From positions 15,895 through 79,894 of the forward strand of contig CACOIV010000002.1 in NCBI GenBank assembly GCA_902627335.1: a stretch of 64,000 nucleotides of DNA. Direction: 5' to 3'. Below the pieces are notes generated by a model that was not told the DNA's origin, made no database searches, and worked only from the letters and a program-made list of their open reading frames with translations. The stretch's first letter is position 1, and each line of letters begins with the position of its first letter. The stretch is from an uncultured Prochlorococcus sp. (GTDB lineage: Bacteria; Cyanobacteriota; Cyanobacteriia; PCC-6307; Cyanobiaceae). Below are positions 60,028 through 64,000 of the stretch, piece after piece. The translations under genes were made by a program, and so were the position numbers.

Positions 60028-61380
60028 CTATATAAGTTTCAAGGAAAGGGTAATAGCTTCTTGAATATTTTTAACTGTAATTACTTTAATATTTTGGACA
60101 TTTGTAAATCCATTGTCTTTCGTATGAGGTATTATTATTTGCTCAAATCCTAGTCTGATACTTTCATCTATTTTTGATTTAATCGAATTAGTCTCTCGAA
60201 CTTGACCATTTAAGCCTAATTCTCCAATAAATGCACAATTCCTTAAAGGAATTTGATTCTTTAGGCTAGACACTATAGAAATAGCTATTGCTAGATCGGA
60301 TGAAGGATCATTGAGCTCAAATCCTCCTGCTGTTGCAAGATAACAGTCAAATGAAGATAATTGAATTTTAATATGTTTTTCTATAACAGCTAAAATTTGA
60401 TGGACTCTATTTAGGCTTATTCCTGTAGTAGTCCTCTTAGGGTTTTGGTAAAAACTTTTATTAACTAATGCTTGTATATCTACAGCAAATGATCTTGTTC
60501 CTTCTAGTGTGATTGTAGTTGCCACTCCTGAAATATTTTCATTATTAGTGAAGCTTGAGTTAGGATTTACAACTTCATTTAGACCATTTTCTTGCATCTC
60601 AAATACCCCAAGTTCTAATGTCGCTCCAAATCTATTTTTGATACCTCTTAGTAATCTTCGGGAGGCAATATGATCACCTTCGAAATTCAATACAACATCA
60701 ACAAGATGCTCAAGAGTTTTTGGACCAGCAAGCGATCCGTCTTTGGTGACATGGCCAATTATAAGAAGAGCAATATTGTGTTTCTTTGCAAAATTTTGCA
60801 ACTCTGAAGAGCATGACCTTACTTGCGATACTGAGCCAGAGGAGCTTTCCATATCAGCATTATTAATAGCTTGAATGCTATCAATAATTGCAATTTTAGG
60901 TTTAAGTTGTTTGATCTCGTTGATTATGCTTAATAGATTATTTTCTGCGAAAATTTTTAAATTAGAACTTTTTTGATCTAATCTTTCCCATCTAATTTTT
61001 ATTTGCTCTAATGATTCTTCAGCAGTTACATAAAGCACTTCTTCCAATAATGAAATTTTTGCGGCTGATTGAAGTATTAATGTGCTTTTACCAATTCCTG
61101 GTTCTCCTCCAAGTAAGACTATTGAACCATTTACAAATCCCCCTCCTAAAACTCTATCGAATTCTTTAAAGCCACTTTTTATTCTTGTTAACTCTTCAAT
61201 TTGAATCTCTTTAAATTCTTTAGATCTTGAATTTTCATTATCAAAAAAGTTTTTTGATAAGAGTCCTTTTTTCTCTTCAATAATTGAATTCCATTCCTTA
61301 CAATTCATACATCTTCCAAAGTATTGCGAAGTCTCTGAACCACAATTTTGGCAAATATACTTGGAAAATTTATTTGGCAT
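60028..61380 (-). CDS. radA: DNA repair protein RadA/Sms
   Basis: N-terminal Zn finger, GEPGIGKST, KNRFG. Confidence 0.95.
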   Translation of the reverse strand: MPNKFSKYICQNCGSETSQYFGRCMNCKEWNSIIEEKKGLLSKNFFDNENSRSKEFKEIQIEELTRIKSGFKEFDRVLGGGFVNGSIVLLGGEPGIGKSTLILQSAAKISLLEEVLYVTAEESLEQIKIRWERLDQKSSNLKIFAENNLLSIINEIKQLKPKIAIIDSIQAINNADMESSSGSVSQVRSCSSELQNFAKKHNIALLIIGHVTKDGSLAGPKTLEHLVDVVLNFEGDHIASRRLLRGIKNRFGATLELGVFEMQENGLNEVVNPNSSFTNNENISGVATTITLEGTRSFAVDIQALVNKSFYQNPKRTTTGISLNRVHQILAVIEKHIKIQLSSFDCYLATAGGFELNDPSSDLAIAISIVSSLKNQIPLRNCAFIGELGLNGQVRETNSIKSKIDESIRLGFEQIIIPHTKDNGFTNVQNIKVITVKNIQEAITLSLKLI

Positions 61381-61486
61381 TTTATCGTTTCTAGAAAAAA
61401 CTTTTAAACAAGTTTGGGATATTGACCCTCTACAAGTTAGATTAGGTTAAGGTTAAATTCACATACTGATTAGCTAATAACAACAA

Positions 61487-62233
61487 ATGGCTGGATCAAG
61501 TCAAACAAAAGAAACAATTCTCGTTGCTGATGATGAGGCAAGTATCAGGAGAATCTTAGAGACTAGGCTCTCTATGATTGGATATAAAGTTGTGACTGCA
61601 TCTGATGGAAAGGAGGCTTTAAAATTATTTAAAGACTATGATCCTGATTTGGTTGTCTTAGATGTAATGATGCCGAAATTAGATGGATATGGAGTCTGTC
61701 AAGAATTAAGAAAAGATTCTGATGTACCAATTGTTATGTTGACTGCATTAGGAGATGTTGCAGATAGAATTACTGGATTAGAATTAGGAGCAGATGATTA
61801 TGTTGTAAAGCCTTTTAGTCCTAAAGAATTAGAGGCTAGAATAAGATGTGTACTTAGAAGAATTGATAAGGAACAAATTGCAGGAATGCCTAATTCAGGC
61901 CTCATTCAAGTAACTGATATTAAGATTGATACAAACAGAAGACAGGTATTTAAAAGTGATGAAAGGATACGATTAACAGGAATGGAATTTAGTCTCTTAG
62001 AATTGTTAGTCAGCAGATCCGGAGAGCCTTTTAGTCGGGGAGAAATTCTCAAAGAAGTCTGGGGGTATACCCCTGAAAGACATGTTGATACTCGTGTTGT
62101 TGATGTACATATTTCTAGACTTAGATCAAAATTAGAAGCTGATCCTGCAAATCCTGAATTAATTCTTACTGCCAGGGGTACTGGCTATTTATTTCAGAGG
62201 ATTGTTGATATAGCCCCTTTTGAGGGTTGTTAA
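61487..62233 (+). CDS. rpaB: two-component response regulator RpaB
   Basis: DDEASIRRILETRL, HVDTRVVDVHISRLR, LILTARGTGY. Confidence 0.95.
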   Translation: MAGSSQTKETILVADDEASIRRILETRLSMIGYKVVTASDGKEALKLFKDYDPDLVVLDVMMPKLDGYGVCQELRKDSDVPIVMLTALGDVADRITGLELGADDYVVKPFSPKELEARIRCVLRRIDKEQIAGMPNSGLIQVTDIKIDTNRRQVFKSDERIRLTGMEFSLLELLVSRSGEPFSRGEILKEVWGYTPERHVDTRVVDVHISRLRSKLEADPANPELILTARGTGYLFQRIVDIAPFEGC

Positions 62234-63682
62234 ATGAGCAAAGATCTTAATAAAAAAAATAATAAGTCACGTGCTATAAGAAGATTAGTAATTTGGTATA
62301 AAAGGAATTCAGCTGTAACTTCTATAGTTGATACTGCAACTAGTTCTGCTGCTACGGCAAGTAATGTTGCAGGAAATGTTGTTTCAGGAGCAGGATCAGT
62401 TGTAAATACGGCAAGTAATGTTGCAGGAAATGTTGTTTCAGGAGCAGGATCAGTTGTAAATACGGCAAGTAATGTTGCAGGAAATGTTGTTTCAGGAGCA
62501 GGATCAGTTGTAAGTACAGCTTCGAGTGTTGTATCAAGTGCAGGATCTTTAGCTAAAAATACCCTCCAGCCGTTAGTTTTTGATCCACTTAAAAGACTTC
62601 AAAATAATGAAAATCAAATAACGGATGATCATAGTTCGAGTAAGGAACGTGTTTGGATAGCAGTTGATGCTATGGGTGGTGATCATGCTCCTGGCCCAAT
62701 CCTTGAAGGTTGTCTTGATGCAATTTCAAGATTTCCAATAAATATAAAATTTGTTGGTCAAATAAAAAAGATTAAACAGATTTCTGAAGAAATAGGTTTG
62801 AGAGAAATTATGGATAAAGAGATTGAAAATAATCGTCTCGAATTAGTAGCTAGTGGTCCGCCTATTGGAATGAACGAAGAAGCAACTGCTGTCCGAAAAA
62901 AGAAGGATGCAAGTATTAATATCGCAATGGACTTAGTTAAAAATAATCAAGCAAAGGCAGTTTACTCAGCTGGTAATTCAGGCGCCTTGATGGCATCAGC
63001 TATTTTCAGGATAGGTAGATTAAAAGGAATTGAAAGGCCTGCAATAGGTGCATTATTTCCTACAAGAGATCAAAGTAGACCAGTACTTGTGCTTGATGTA
63101 GGAGCAAACACTGACTGTAAACCTGCGTACTTGCATCAATTTGCATTATTAGGCAATATTTATGCAAAAGATGTTTTACAAGTAAAGAGGCCAAAAATTG
63201 GGTTATTAAATATAGGGGAAGAGGATTGTAAGGGTAATGAGTTATCATTAAAAACTTTTCAATTATTATCTAATGAAAATAATTTGAATTTTTTAGGTAA
63301 CTGTGAAGGCAGAGATGTCCTCACAGGTGATTTTGATGTTGTTGTTTGTGATGGATTTACAGGTAATATTCTTCTGAAGTTTCTTGAATCTGTTGGTGGG
63401 GTCTTATTAGATATACTGAGGGCTGAATTACCAAGAGGTAGAAGAGGTAAAGTGGGTTCTGCTTTCTTAAAAAGTAATTTAATTAGGATAAAAAAAAGAT
63501 TAGATCATGCTGAACATGGAGGTGCATTGTTACTTGGTGTAAATGGTATATGTGTGATAGGGCATGGTAGTAGTAAATCTTTATCGGTTGTAAGTGCTTT
63601 AAGGTTGGCACATTCTGCGGTAAATCATGACGTTATGGAACATTTAAATCAATTACAAAAACTTCCAGTATTGAATAGATAA
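62234..63682 (+). CDS. plsX: phosphate acyltransferase PlsX with repetitive N-terminal extension
   Basis: AVDAMGGD, SAGNSGA, CDGFTGN, HGSS. Confidence 0.94.
   Translation: MSKDLNKKNNKSRAIRRLVIWYKRNSAVTSIVDTATSSAATASNVAGNVVSGAGSVVNTASNVAGNVVSGAGSVVNTASNVAGNVVSGAGSVVSTASSVVSSAGSLAKNTLQPLVFDPLKRLQNNENQITDDHSSSKERVWIAVDAMGGDHAPGPILEGCLDAISRFPINIKFVGQIKKIKQISEEIGLREIMDKEIENNRLELVASGPPIGMNEEATAVRKKKDASINIAMDLVKNNQAKAVYSAGNSGALMASAIFRIGRLKGIERPAIGALFPTRDQSRPVLVLDVGANTDCKPAYLHQFALLGNIYAKDVLQVKRPKIGLLNIGEEDCKGNELSLKTFQLLSNENNLNFLGNCEGRDVLTGDFDVVVCDGFTGNILLKFLESVGGVLLDILRAELPRGRRGKVGSAFLKSNLIRIKKRLDHAEHGGALLLGVNGICVIGHGSSKSLSVVSALRLAHSAVNHDVMEHLNQLQKLPVLNR
62353..62514 (+). repeat. 54-bp in-frame tandem repeat x3
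   Basis: units start at 62353, 62407, 62461; encode TASNVAGNVVSGAGSVVN. Confidence 0.95.
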
Positions 63683-63733
63683 ACATATTTTACTTGATTT
63701 ATGTTTGACTTATATAATGAATAAAAAACTTTT

Positions 63734-64000
63734 TTGAAAGGAACTAATCTGAATCAAATTGGAATAACTTTTAAAGGCTGCGGGAGTTTTGTGCCCAATC
63801 AAAACTTAAGTAATGAAGATATTAGTAGAATTGTTAATACAAGCGATGATTGGATTAGAACTAGAACTGGAATTTCTAATAGAAGGATAGCTTCTTTTGA
63901 TGAAAACGTCTCTCACATGGGTTATCAAGCTTCATTAAAAGCTTTAGAAATGGCTGACTGGCCAGTTGAATCTATTGATTTAATTATCTTGGCAACTTCA
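63734..64000 (+). CDS. fabH: beta-ketoacyl-ACP synthase III (5' part, runs off window)
   Basis: GCGSFVP...TSDDWIRTRTGI...DLIILATS; follows plsX. Confidence 0.92.
   Translation, partial: MKGTNLNQIGITFKGCGSFVPNQNLSNEDISRIVNTSDDWIRTRTGISNRRIASFDENVSHMGYQASLKALEMADWPVESIDLIILATS

Noticed and set aside
62352-62537. Repetitive 61-aa minus-strand ORF
   Set aside because: Reverse reading of the plsX 54-bp repeat

Overview
AT-rich marine picocyanobacterial chromosome, almost certainly Prochlorococcus judging by gene order and compact spacing (clade not determinable from sequence alone). About 1-43.2 kb and 54.7-64 kb are conserved core genes (sufB, pgm, rarA, bcp, coaX, cysH, ktrAB, htrA, hli, tolC, nadB, petL, queD, aroK, rbfA, hemD, crtQ, ndhO, cysK; then rpaA, holB, tmk, Cu-ATPase, ycf3, radA, rpaB, plsX, fabH). 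An ~11 kb accessory island starts at tRNA-Asn(GTT), 43221-43292. The main signal is at its start: the 14-bp core CGCCCGGGGAGTTT (tRNA 3' end) occurs three times, each associated with position-conserved TGTTCGGG direct-repeat clusters. These define two tandem, integrase-less, single-gene mini-elements of 1152 and 644 bp with an attL / attP-like junction / attR layout. Further into the island are three CP12-like micro-protein paralogs, two Yfr2-family sRNAs sharing an upstream palindrome at about -65, a candidate Yfr1-like anti-SD sRNA, a three-copy unknown domain family, thiamine/nucleoside-salvage-like genes, a solo Cas4-like nuclease and a second cluster of arm-type-like repeats. All calls come from reading the sequence; no database searches were run.
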